Of a stretch of DNA of 64,000 nucleotides, positions 1 through 9,696 are shown piece after piece. Location: contig CAWFFH010000003.1 of NCBI GenBank assembly GCA_963815095.1, positions 736,001-800,000 of the forward strand, given 5' to 3'. The stretch's first letter is position 1; every line of letters begins with the position of its first letter. Origin of the DNA: Candidatus Bathyarchaeota archaeon (GTDB lineage: Archaea; Thermoproteota; Bathyarchaeia; Bathyarchaeales; Bathycorpusculaceae). The notes under the pieces are model-generated. The model was not told the origin of the DNA. It worked only from the letters and a program-made list of their open reading frames with translations, and ran no database searches. Position numbers and translations under genes: made by a program.

Positions 1-127
1 TTTGGATGGCGTCCGGGGAAGTCAAAGCTGAGGCTGAATTTTTTCCTTCCATGAAATCCGATATGAGTACACCTGCCAAAAAAATTACAAGCATACACAA
101 TAATTTTGTTCGAAAGGATTTCAACAT
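1..127 (-). CDS. 5' part of an exported protein (runs off the window edge)
   Basis: Manual translation MLKSFRTKLLCMLVIFLAGVLISDFMEGKNSASALTSPDAIQ...: basic N-terminus, hydrophobic core and ASA cleavage-like site. TATA-like CTTTTAAATA lies about 35 nt upstream on the minus strand. Confidence 0.6.
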   Translation of the reverse strand, partial: MLKSFRTKLLCMLVIFLAGVLISDFMEGKNSASALTSPDAIQ

Positions 128-309
128 TTAATCGCCTAAGAAGTGATTACTATCGTTTGGTATTTAAAAGCTAAGAAAAACTTGATTGCTGTAACAGCTC
201 TGGATCAAACCGTCAAATAACTTTACAATCACTCGTCTTCAGAACAATGCCCAATGTTTTCCTCCCGATTACTGCTTTAACTTACAGCGTGGAGACTTTG
301 GTTTTTTTA

Positions 310-1040
310 AACCTTCTCCATAACCAACTAAATCATCATGCATCTGAAGCCAAAACCCCCTTCCCACATTCAAAAAACAAGGACTGCACAACTAAAACCC
401 AATCGACACAGAATTAGAAACTTCAACATGCCCCCACACTTTACCCACACACCTCAACATACAATCCAACATAGCAGTTGAACCAACCCAACCTCCAACC
501 CGCAAACCCTAACTCCACAACCCTCAAATGCCTATCTCTCTCATGCTTGGTCTGCTTCAAACTCTTAACATACTTATCTAAGCGTCGATACTCGGCCCAC
601 GCTTAAGGTACTATGCTTTTTTAAAACAAAAACTCTCCCAGACACGACAAAACACCTTCAAAACAGGTCTAAACACGCCAAAAAACGACAAAATAGGAAA
701 CCGAAAAAACCCCGAACACAACCGCTTTACCAAAAAACGCCACAAACCAGCCATATCCCCCACACATAAACCCCATTTGCAACGTGCATATTCATGCTAA
801 ATTGGAACATTCCGCCATTTTTTACCAAACAAAACATAAAACTTCACACATCAAACACAACTTTTTGTCGCACACAAAAACCCAAAAACCGCCGCCCCAA
901 TCCCAAAGCAAATAAAAAAACAACCTAAACCAAAAAACCAAACCCCCAGTGTAGTGTGCAATTATATCCCACCACACACATACAAAAAGAAAAAACCATA
1001 AAACGTGCTAGCAATCCAGTCACTCACACCAACCAAGCCT
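310..1040. other. Strongly A/C-skewed (G-poor) low-complexity tract
   Basis: Plus strand is dominated by runs such as ccaaaaaacc, cacacaca and aaacccc, unlike the rest of the window; no ORF of 60 aa or more. Confidence 0.6.
441..600 (-). pseudogene. Possible small basic protein or remnant with a +1 frameshift after codon 3
   Basis: GTG GGC CGA (G) TAT... gives MGRYRRLDKYVKSLKQTKHERDRHLRVVELGFAG...* if one base at about 591 is removed. Confidence 0.25.
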
Positions 1041-1091
1041 TTTAGGAAAAATTAATTTGCCATCGTGTGCTTTAGCAAATTGGTGATTTAT

Positions 1092-1301
1092 GTGCCTGTT
1101 GTACAAGTTACTGTCTGGGCTGGAATAAGTTTAGAGAACAAGAAAAAAATGGTTGAAGGAATAACCAAAGTGATGGAGAGCATAGGTATTCCAAGCCAAG
1201 CAACAACAATCATAATCTTTGAAGAACCCAAGGAGAATTGGGCTTCAGGCGGAAAACTCCATTCAGAAACAATTTGGAATCCTGGCCCTTCACAAAAATA
1301 A
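1092..1301 (+). CDS. 4-oxalocrotonate tautomerase family protein
   Basis: GTG at 1092 after GGTGA gives (M)PVVQV with catalytic Pro1; ENWASGG motif; about 69 aa. Confidence 0.85.
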   Translation: MPVVQVTVWAGISLENKKKMVEGITKVMESIGIPSQATTIIIFEEPKENWASGGKLHSETIWNPGPSQK

Positions 1302-1464
1302 CCTACCGCAACTTTGAATCTATTTTTCATCATAATATTTCATTTTTTAGGCAATAAACCATGTTGGTATACTGTTTTTCCATGGAATTAACGGTTTTTT
1401 TAAGTAACGGTTAAAAGCAAAAGATGCACAGTGATACATTTAACACCAAAAAGGTTTGGTAACC

Positions 1465-2073
1465 ATGTCTGCTAAAACTCAACAGCAAAAATTTATTTCA
1501 GTTGACCCAGGCAAATGCATTGGATGCGGAATCTGCGAATACGCATGCACCGTAGAAAAAGGTGAAACCACTTGGAATCCAATCCGCTCCAGAATTAGAG
1601 TAGTACGAATGGCGCCAGTACTCAACTTTGCATTATCTTGCAGAGGCTGCCAAGATGCAAAATGTGTAAAAGCATGTCCAGAACGGGCAATCTCACAGGC
1701 AGAAGATACAGGACTTTTAATAATCGACGAAAGCAAGTGCAAAGGCTGCGACTGGTGCGTTCAAGCTTGCGATCACGGCGGAATAACTATACATGCAGAT
1801 ACAGGAAAAGCAATCGCATGCGACCTTTGTAAGGGTGAGCCACAATGTCTTGCATCTTGTCCAGAAGAAGCATTAGCAATCGTGAGTTCAGATGCAGAAG
1901 CAGAAAAACGGTTTAACGACTCATTAGCAACTTTATCAAATCAAATTGAAAAAATAACCGTTAGCATCAAGAACAAAGACTGGAAACCATTTCTAGCTAT
2001 TGCCGAGAAACGTTCAGGCGTAATAACAGAAAAACTAGAAGCCCTGAACAAGAAAGCAAAAGCAAAAAAATAA
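1465..2073 (+). CDS. 4Fe-4S dicluster electron-transfer protein (CooF/DmsB-like)
   Basis: CIGCGICEYAC, CRGCQDAKCVKACP, CKGCDWCVQAC and CDLCKGEPQCLASCP motifs. Confidence 0.85.
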   Translation: MSAKTQQQKFISVDPGKCIGCGICEYACTVEKGETTWNPIRSRIRVVRMAPVLNFALSCRGCQDAKCVKACPERAISQAEDTGLLIIDESKCKGCDWCVQACDHGGITIHADTGKAIACDLCKGEPQCLASCPEEALAIVSSDAEAEKRFNDSLATLSNQIEKITVSIKNKDWKPFLAIAEKRSGVITEKLEALNKKAKAKK

Positions 2074-2086
2074 AACCCTTTCCACC

Positions 2087-2953
2087 TTATTCTTTCAAGT
2101 TTTCTTCATAACCCCTCAGAAAACTATCAATGTCCAACCCAACTTTCTCGCCAACATAACCGCCTTCCAACACGAAAAAGGCAGGTTTTTTTAGTCTTGC
2201 AACTCTTTTGCCGATCTCAAAGTAATCTTGTTCAGTTAAACCCAAAGTTGCCAAATCGCCTTGATGCGTATCAAAACCGGCCGAAACCGCAATTGCTTCA
2301 AACTTTGCTAAATCAACCATACCCAAAGCTTTGTCAAGGGTTTCCAGGTATCTTTTTCCGCCAAAATCACCCGGCAACGCAAAGTTTATGCAGTTACCCT
2401 CCATAAAATCTCCCGTTCCCGGATAATTGGGCGCTTGATGAAGAGACACATAAACAACCTTTTCATCGCCCTGAAAAATCTCCTGCGTACCGTTCCCATG
2501 GTGTCCATCGATATCTAAGATTAATGTGCGTTTCCTTGACTCTTTAACAGCGATGGCAATGTTGTTTAGGTAACAGAACCCACGTGTATAAACACCCAGC
2601 GCGGCACCATTTCTTCCAACGTGGTGTCCAGGTGGACGCATAAGAGAAAAACCGTTAATTTTGCTCGCTAATAATGCGCTGCCAACTGAGAGCCTTGCAA
2701 ATTCGTAGATGTTAGCATATGCCGGCGTGTCAGAATCTTCAACTAAGCCTTTTTTTACATTAAAAAGATAATCGGCGTCATGGACAGATAAAATTTCATC
2801 GTCGCTAGCTGGCGTTGGTTCCACAAACGAGTAACCCTTTGCCTGCAATATGTCATGTGCAGCTTTTACCCGCTGAGGGCCTTCAATGTGCCAAGTGCCA
2901 TAGCCTAAACATTTTTCTGAATAGACCAGTTTTGTTTTCATCGCTAACTGCAT
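2087..2953 (-). CDS. Histone deacetylase family amidohydrolase
   Basis: RPPGHH, GFCYLNN, DIDGHHGNGTQ, SAGFD and LEGGY motifs; start may be ATG 2941. Confidence 0.9.
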   Translation of the reverse strand: MQLAMKTKLVYSEKCLGYGTWHIEGPQRVKAAHDILQAKGYSFVEPTPASDDEILSVHDADYLFNVKKGLVEDSDTPAYANIYEFARLSVGSALLASKINGFSLMRPPGHHVGRNGAALGVYTRGFCYLNNIAIAVKESRKRTLILDIDGHHGNGTQEIFQGDEKVVYVSLHQAPNYPGTGDFMEGNCINFALPGDFGGKRYLETLDKALGMVDLAKFEAIAVSAGFDTHQGDLATLGLTEQDYFEIGKRVARLKKPAFFVLEGGYVGEKVGLDIDSFLRGYEENLKE

Positions 2954-3040
2954 CCATTAGACACATAAGTACGCTTTCACATTTAAAAAACATAACTAGC
3001 CAAACTTAGCCTAAACAAATGTAATCGGAGAAAAAAATTC

Positions 3041-4990
3041 ATGACATCACAAAATCCATTTGACCAATTCCGCCAAGAATGCCAAACCGCACTAGCAAAT
3101 GCCCTAAACAAATCCATGCCAGAAATCAAACAACCCACAATTACACTCAACAAAACACCGAACATAGAATATGGGCAGTTGGCTTCATCTTTGTGTTTTG
3201 AGTTGGCAAAGAAACTTGGCCAGAAACCCCTCGTTTTAGCCGAGCAACTTGTTGCCGCCATGGATAACTCCACTTTTCATCTAATCGAAGAGGTTGCGCC
3301 TGCAGGTGCAGGATACATAAACTTTCATGTTAACTTTGCGAAATTTTCTGCTTTAACTTTGGAGTCAGTTAAAGCGTTAGGTTCAGAATATGGCTTTGTC
3401 AAGACTGATCAGCCTAAAAAAATTATAGTTGAACACACCAGTGTTAACCCGTTACATCCTATCCATATTGGTCAAGCCAGAAACCCCATGTTGGGCGATG
3501 CGTTGGCACGGATTCTCCAGAACAGGGGACATGAGGTTTCGAGACATTACTATATTGATGATGTGGGAAGGCAATCCTCCGTTTTAGCGTATGGTTATGC
3601 CAAGTTGGGCAGACCAAAACCAACCGAGAAAGTCGACCTTTTCGTAGGCAAGATCTACACAGTAACTAGCTGCCTAGTTGAAATTAACCGTCTTAAAAAA
3701 GCCCGCGAACTCGCCATCAACGCCAAGTCAGCAGACGACCTGGTCAAGGCAAACAAGGAAATCGATGAGTGGATGTCCATCGCCGCGGAACTTAAACAAA
3801 AGTATCCAGTGCTCTTTGAGGCGTTGACAGCCCAAATCAGCCAAGATGAAAACCCTGAAGAAGAAATCAAACGTTTAAACTGCGCTTACGAAGATGGCGA
3901 ACCCAACGCGAAGCAACTCATCCGCGAAGTCAGCGACTTATGCCTCGAAGGTTTCCGCGAAACCATGAAGCGTGTCAGCGTTACATATGATTCGTGGGAT
4001 TGGGAGAGCGACTTTGTTTGGAGCACCCAAGTTAATGACGTTCTCGCAAAACTGAAAGCCTCTCCGTATGTTTACAACGAGAAAGATGTCTTGGAGTTTG
4101 ACGCAGAAAAAGTTGTACAAACCCTCAACCTGAAAGTAAAGCTGGGGTTAAGCCCGAATAACGAGGTTCCACCGCTAACATTGGGACGCGCTGACGGCAC
4201 CACACTCTACACAACACGTGACATCGCATACACACTCTGGAAGTTCAAACAAGCTCAAAAAGTCATTAACGTCATCGGCATGGAACAGTCGCTGGCGCAG
4301 TTGCACTTAAAAATCGCACTCTATGCAATGGGTTACAGCGAATACGCCGAAAATTTGGTGCATTTCGCTTACAACTTAGTCACTTTGCCGGGTTACAAGA
4401 TGAGTAGCCGAAGAGGACACTACATTACATTCGACGACGTTTTGAGTGAGGCAGTCCAACGGGCTTACGAAGAGGTTTCGAAGCGTTCCCCTCTGCTATC
4501 CGAAGAGGAGAAACGCAAAATCGCAGACTTCGTTGGATTAGGCGCCGTGCGGTATGCACTTGTCGATGTGGATCCTTCTAAGACAGTGATGTTCACTTGG
4601 GAACGCGTATTGAACTTCGAAACCAACAGTGCACCCTACGTTCAGTATACTCATGCAAGAGCCTGCAGCATTTTGCGTAAAGCAGCGCGTGAACCAGAAA
4701 AACCAGCCTATGAACTCTTAACTGAGAAGCTTGAGCGCGAACTCATATTGAACATTGCAGGTTTCCCTGATATGTTCATTGAAACAACAGAATACTACAA
4801 ACCCAACATGATAGCCGACTACATCAACGTACTTGCTGACAAATTCAACACCTTCTACAATGCTTACCCCGTGATAAAGGCTGATTCGCAAGAACTGAGC
4901 GACGCACGCATTGCCTTAACTCAAGCCATAAAAACTATTATGTACAACGCGTTGAACCTAATTGGGGTTGTTGCGCCAGAAAAAATGTAA
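3041..4990 (+). CDS. argS: Arginine--tRNA ligase
   Basis: EHTSVNPLHPIHIGQARN (HIGH), KMSSRRG, PYVQYTHAR and C-terminal APEKM. Confidence 0.97.
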   Translation: MTSQNPFDQFRQECQTALANALNKSMPEIKQPTITLNKTPNIEYGQLASSLCFELAKKLGQKPLVLAEQLVAAMDNSTFHLIEEVAPAGAGYINFHVNFAKFSALTLESVKALGSEYGFVKTDQPKKIIVEHTSVNPLHPIHIGQARNPMLGDALARILQNRGHEVSRHYYIDDVGRQSSVLAYGYAKLGRPKPTEKVDLFVGKIYTVTSCLVEINRLKKARELAINAKSADDLVKANKEIDEWMSIAAELKQKYPVLFEALTAQISQDENPEEEIKRLNCAYEDGEPNAKQLIREVSDLCLEGFRETMKRVSVTYDSWDWESDFVWSTQVNDVLAKLKASPYVYNEKDVLEFDAEKVVQTLNLKVKLGLSPNNEVPPLTLGRADGTTLYTTRDIAYTLWKFKQAQKVINVIGMEQSLAQLHLKIALYAMGYSEYAENLVHFAYNLVTLPGYKMSSRRGHYITFDDVLSEAVQRAYEEVSKRSPLLSEEEKRKIADFVGLGAVRYALVDVDPSKTVMFTWERVLNFETNSAPYVQYTHARACSILRKAAREPEKPAYELLTEKLERELILNIAGFPDMFIETTEYYKPNMIADYINVLADKFNTFYNAYPVIKADSQELSDARIALTQAIKTIMYNALNLIGVVAPEKM

Positions 4991-5125
4991 CTTTATTAGG
5001 ACGGAATTTAGGCTTTTTTCGCAATAAAGTTGGACCTTAAGTTAGCTGCTTGATTGCCATAACCTTCAAAAACAACTTCGCTGCATTAAATTGTAATTCT
5101 TCAGATCGAAAAAGGAATAGTTTCG

Positions 5126-5815
5126 ATGACAAGAACAAAAGCTGCGCATTGTTGGGTTATATGTAAAAAAATATTCAGCGTCTCCTTACTTTTCAACGCG
5201 CTTCTAACAATTGCTATAGCAATCGGAATTTTAGCGAATTTTTACTGGGTTTTCCACGGTTGGAAGCCTTTCTCTCCCTATCTTATCAGCGGCAACGTTT
5301 TTTGGATTGCAATTGTGGCCGCGGCGATTAACATTTTTCCAAGCGCCAGCCTCGGACGCGCTCTTCACACAGGCAGGTTTCTGTTTCACCATTACTTCTA
5401 CGGCTTTCTGGTTCTATTTGTCTCAGCAGCTTACGTCGTAGTTTTCACACCCGTGTCCTTATTTTCTATCTTTTTGGTTAACAGCGAGAGCGTTGCGGTT
5501 AACGCTGGACGATTTTTCCTTTTGGGCGGCTTAACTTTGGTTTTAGATGATTTGCCAGATGTTAACACAAAGGTTGAGTCTTCCCTTAACTGGCTAAAAG
5601 CTAAAGCCCATCAAGGCGGAAAAATAATTTTTATTGTTCAATTGGTTACAGGTGTGGTTTCGCTCTATATGTCTGTCGCCATCTCCCTTTCGATATCTCA
5701 GAATCCCCAATGGATAACTTTAGCCAATTCCATCTTAATCGGCACTCTACTTGTAACCGCAATAACTTCTTTTGCCTCTGTAAAAAGAAAGATCTGGCTA
5801 AACATGTACAATTAA
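5126..5815 (+). CDS. Hypothetical multi-pass membrane protein
   Basis: About 6 hydrophobic segments; conserved-looking GRFLFHHYFYG and LVLDDLPDV. Confidence 0.7.
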   Translation: MTRTKAAHCWVICKKIFSVSLLFNALLTIAIAIGILANFYWVFHGWKPFSPYLISGNVFWIAIVAAAINIFPSASLGRALHTGRFLFHHYFYGFLVLFVSAAYVVVFTPVSLFSIFLVNSESVAVNAGRFFLLGGLTLVLDDLPDVNTKVESSLNWLKAKAHQGGKIIFIVQLVTGVVSLYMSVAISLSISQNPQWITLANSILIGTLLVTAITSFASVKRKIWLNMYN

Positions 5816-5908
5816 GAAACAATCCATTGTCCTCACATACTTGTAAATTTGGATAACAATAACAAATTTCAAATACAAGCCTAATAATCTAAAACGAGGT
5901 GCATACTA

Positions 5909-6979
5909 ATGAGTAATGATTCATACTTCAGTAAGAAACTTGAACCTATCAAGGTTACAAAACAGAAAAGTATTTCACAACTCCTAAGCGAAATGGGCAA
6001 AACAGCATATCAAGGCCGCAAACTTGGCGAAGCCGTTGATGTTTGGGAGAACATGATTAAATCAAAAGACACAGTCATCGCTATGGGCTTTGCAGGCTCA
6101 ATGAGTACCGCAGGACAATGGACGATTGTTAATTGGCTTATCGAAAACCGTTTCATAGACGTGCTCGTTTCCACTGGCGCAAACGTCAGCGAAGACATAG
6201 TTGACGCAATGGGCTTAGGCTACTACCAAGGCAACCACATGGTAAACGACGAGCAACTGCTCCACGACGATGTCAACCGTTATTATGACGTCTACGGGAA
6301 AGAAACCGATTATCGCGAAATGGAAACTTTGGTTACTGACTTCGTTATGACCTGCAAGCAAGACTACAATTATACTTCAGCAGAATTCCTCTACTTACTC
6401 GGAAAATACCTTGGCAAGAAAAAGATACCCGCTATCTCAGCCGTTGCAGCAGCTAATGGCGTCCCAATTTTCAGCCCAGCCATGGTTGACAGCGCTTACG
6501 GCGAAACATTTCTCTTAGCCAAAAACCAAGGTCACACCGTCCACTTAGATAGCGTCAAAGAATTTGACCAGTTCGTCAGCATAGGAACAAAAACCAAAGA
6601 AGTCGGCGTCGTCTACATCGGCGGTGGCGTTCCCAAAGACCTAACTCAACTCATAGCCATCTCCGTTTCACCCATGACCAAAGACGAAGGCGTCAAAGGC
6701 AGAAAAGGCGGCTTACGCAAAAGTCTTCAAGAATATTATTACCCACACAAATACGCCATACAAATCACAACCGACTCACCGCAATGGGGCGGTTTGAGTG
6801 GCTGCACACTGGAAGAGGCGATTAGTTGGGGCAAAATCAACAGCCAAACCGGAACCCGCGCAGTCTGCTACTGCGACGCAACTATCGCACTGCCACTAAT
6901 TTGCCACGCACTTGCTGAGCGCGTCCCTGAAAAACGGAAAGGGCCAGATATGAGCTGGCTATTCAAAGGCGTGCAATAA
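5909..6979 (+). CDS. Deoxyhypusine synthase-like paralog (SpeY/homospermidine-synthase type)
   Basis: STGAN, IGGGVPKD and QWGGLSGCTLEEAISWGK (catalytic Lys); bacterial DHS-like signature. Confidence 0.85.
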   Translation: MSNDSYFSKKLEPIKVTKQKSISQLLSEMGKTAYQGRKLGEAVDVWENMIKSKDTVIAMGFAGSMSTAGQWTIVNWLIENRFIDVLVSTGANVSEDIVDAMGLGYYQGNHMVNDEQLLHDDVNRYYDVYGKETDYREMETLVTDFVMTCKQDYNYTSAEFLYLLGKYLGKKKIPAISAVAAANGVPIFSPAMVDSAYGETFLLAKNQGHTVHLDSVKEFDQFVSIGTKTKEVGVVYIGGGVPKDLTQLIAISVSPMTKDEGVKGRKGGLRKSLQEYYYPHKYAIQITTDSPQWGGLSGCTLEEAISWGKINSQTGTRAVCYCDATIALPLICHALAERVPEKRKGPDMSWLFKGVQ

Positions 6980-6991
6980 ACGCCAAATTTT

Positions 6992-7954
6992 TTATTTTTT
7001 CTTCTTGTTTAATCTAGTTATAAGCGAGTATGTCATTATCGGCATTATTACAGTGGCGTCGCCTTCGACCATGATGCGTTTGGCTTTTTCGTTGATTTTT
7101 CCCCATGAAACTGCTTCTCTTGGACGTGCGCCGCTGAGGCTTCCGTCCCACTCGTCTGCTGTGGTTATGTAGACGACGTAGTCTAGGCCATCTTTGAATT
7201 GGTTCCACCAAATCGTGTGGTGTTTGCTGATTCCACCGCCGACGATTAGGGCGCCGCTTTTTTTGGCGTCAAAAACGATGTTGTTGAGGTCTCCTTCGTC
7301 TTTTAGCAGGTTTACTTTGAATTCTTTGTGGTCTTGGCTGAAGAACCAAAGTTGGTAACCTACTGAACCGTCAGTTATTCCGGGCACAAAAACGGGGATG
7401 TTGTTTTTAGCTGCCCAATAAAGAATCGAGCTTTCATTGCAGCATCTCAAACCAATCTCGCGGCAGAGCTCGCTGGTTGAGAGTTCCCTTTTGCCTTCCT
7501 TGTATAACTCTTCAAGTAACCCAATGATTTTCTTTTCAATAATTATGCCGTAGCTGTCATTTGGGACAAGCACGTTTCCAAGGCGATTTACGCCTTCTTG
7601 GTGGAGTTTGGAATCGTTCATGATGAAACTGCCCTTGTAATAATCTTTGTAGCAGCGGGCAACGTCATGGTCCAATGTTCCGCAGGTTGTAATTATTACA
7701 TCTATAAGTTTGCGTTTAACCAGTTCCCTGATAACCCCGCGGGTTCCAGTCGCGACTATGTCGGCGGTGAATGATAGAAATTTAACGCATCCTTTTTCCT
7801 TAACCATAGCTTCCATGATGTTGACGCTTGTGGCGAGTTTGCCTGCGGTGAAACCCCACGCTGCCTCCATCTCCAAGACAAGCTCATCTACAGACATGTC
7901 TTTGGTAAAATCGTAATCTTTCACTGGAACCTTATGTGATGTTTCTTTGTGCAT
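6992..7954 (-). CDS. dys: Deoxyhypusine synthase (canonical archaeal type)
   Basis: ITTCGTLDHD, GGGISKHH and DGSLSGARPREAVSWGK. Confidence 0.92.
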   Translation of the reverse strand: MHKETSHKVPVKDYDFTKDMSVDELVLEMEAAWGFTAGKLATSVNIMEAMVKEKGCVKFLSFTADIVATGTRGVIRELVKRKLIDVIITTCGTLDHDVARCYKDYYKGSFIMNDSKLHQEGVNRLGNVLVPNDSYGIIIEKKIIGLLEELYKEGKRELSTSELCREIGLRCCNESSILYWAAKNNIPVFVPGITDGSVGYQLWFFSQDHKEFKVNLLKDEGDLNNIVFDAKKSGALIVGGGISKHHTIWWNQFKDGLDYVVYITTADEWDGSLSGARPREAVSWGKINEKAKRIMVEGDATVIMPIMTYSLITRLNKKKK

Positions 7955-8016
7955 GTTAATTTCTCCTGCACTTTGTTAACGAAAATGGGAATAAATAGGT
8001 GTCGAAAACCAGCGGA

Positions 8017-8907
8017 TTATTCTGATAGGTAGTTGATGATGCGTTTGTAGATGTCTTTGTCGCTGGAATCTTCGTAGCCTGCGTAGATGCTTGGGTTATC
8101 ATTAACTTCTACAACCACGTAGTCGCCATCGACTTCTTTGATGTCAACTCCATAAAGTCCTTTGCCAACCACGCTACATGCTTTTAACGCGACTTCCCTG
8201 AGTCTCGAAGGCATATCGCTTTTTTGTGAACTTACCGTTCTGCCCCAAACCACCGTTGGTTTGCCACGGAGTTTGGCGCCATGTTTCCATTTCCCCTTGG
8301 GAATCATATACTTGCAAACATACAAGACGTCATTGTTTAGGACGCCAACTCTCCAGTCAAAAGCAGTAGGCGTAAACTTTTGGATAGCGAGGACATCGGA
8401 TTTTTTGAAGAAACGTTTGGCGACATCGCGGAAGCTGGTTTCGCAGGCAGCCTTCTCTACGTAGCGCGAGAAACTTGTATAAGGCGCTTTTATCACAACG
8501 GGTTTGCCTAGTTCGTCGAAGATTTCGGTGATTTTTTTGTGGTGCATATCGTCTTTACTTAGGAAAACGGTTGGGATCCGAGGGACATTGTATTTTTCAA
8601 AGAGTGCGTATTGGTGGATTTTGTTGCCGCATATGGTTATCGATTCTGGGTCGTCAATGACTTTTAAGCCCAGTTCCCATGCTGTTTTAGACACGATGTA
8701 GGATGTAAAAAGTGGGTCGGTTGTTGCCCGAATGAAAACGGAGTCGTAGTTTGGGATGTCTTCGATGTTTTCGCGGAAAAGAAAACTAAATTCGTGCCCT
8801 GACTGCTCAGCTGCCAACTTGAAGTTTTGAAGGGCGCCTTCCTCTCGGGGGTCAGTAAAATTATATTTTTCAACAAAACATGCAATTTTAGACACTGAGG
8901 TGTTCAC
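8017..8907 (-). CDS. RimK-family ATP-grasp ligase
   Basis: VIKAPYTSFS, DWRVGVL, YGVDIKE and EVNDNP motifs. Confidence 0.88.
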   Translation of the reverse strand: MNTSVSKIACFVEKYNFTDPREEGALQNFKLAAEQSGHEFSFLFRENIEDIPNYDSVFIRATTDPLFTSYIVSKTAWELGLKVIDDPESITICGNKIHQYALFEKYNVPRIPTVFLSKDDMHHKKITEIFDELGKPVVIKAPYTSFSRYVEKAACETSFRDVAKRFFKKSDVLAIQKFTPTAFDWRVGVLNNDVLYVCKYMIPKGKWKHGAKLRGKPTVVWGRTVSSQKSDMPSRLREVALKACSVVGKGLYGVDIKEVDGDYVVVEVNDNPSIYAGYEDSSDKDIYKRIINYLSE

Positions 8908-9589
8908 CCTGCTGAGAAATCAGCCTAATCTCCTTGGAGATTAACTCTAAATCACTTTTTGACAGATCATTTTCTTTCAAAGGTTCAAGACCACACAGGA
9001 AAGCTTTTCCCTCTGCTTTTTGAACATGCACTTTACAAATTGGAATTCTGAAGAGTTCATAAACCTTTTCAGTAGTCGCGCCAATTTGTTCATCATCCAA
9101 TTGGCATTTTCCAAAAAACGATTTAATCGTGAACATTTCTCCCTTAAGGGGCTGGGCACAAACCGTAAATTTGTAGTTCATTCCTAAACTCTTCAATGCA
9201 CGATATAGTGCACTCTTGTTTTTGGCAACTTGATAACCTTCATATATGAATGGGTTAACAGCAAAAACCACTACAGGTAAGTTGATTTCGGTCATGATTT
9301 TCTTAACTGAATCTGTTACCAGAAAGGGCAGGGTGGGAATTTTTGCTCTTGCCGCCCGCAACAGAAGAATTGGAGTGCGGCTGGAATCAATGATGTTCTC
9401 GCAAGATGGAATAACCGAGTTTCCTAAAACTTCTGCGTGTAAGGAGACGTAGTAGCCTGTTTTTAGATAACGGTAGTCGTTGTTAATGTTGATGGTGGTG
9501 TCTTTAATTGATGATTCGAGAAACTGGGAAGGGTTTAGCGCGTTTAAATCATCTTTAAGGTCGATGTTAGAGACGACCAACACTTTCAT
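8888..9589 (-). CDS. RimK-like ATP-grasp N-terminal (RLAN) domain protein
   Basis: NINNDYRYLKTGYYVSLHAE...VIPS matches the RLAN signature; overlaps the ATP-grasp gene start. Confidence 0.75.
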   Translation of the reverse strand: MKVLVVSNIDLKDDLNALNPSQFLESSIKDTTININNDYRYLKTGYYVSLHAEVLGNSVIPSCENIIDSSRTPILLLRAARAKIPTLPFLVTDSVKKIMTEINLPVVVFAVNPFIYEGYQVAKNKSALYRALKSLGMNYKFTVCAQPLKGEMFTIKSFFGKCQLDDEQIGATTEKVYELFRIPICKVHVQKAEGKAFLCGLEPLKENDLSKSDLELISKEIRLISQQGEHLSV

Positions 9590-9696
9590 TTGACACCAGG
9601 TAATTAGAAGGCGTTATTCGTGGAGCTATATTTAAAATTAACTATATGCAATACAGCATCTCAAGTTAGCCCTAAACGAAAAAAGAGGCAAAAACA

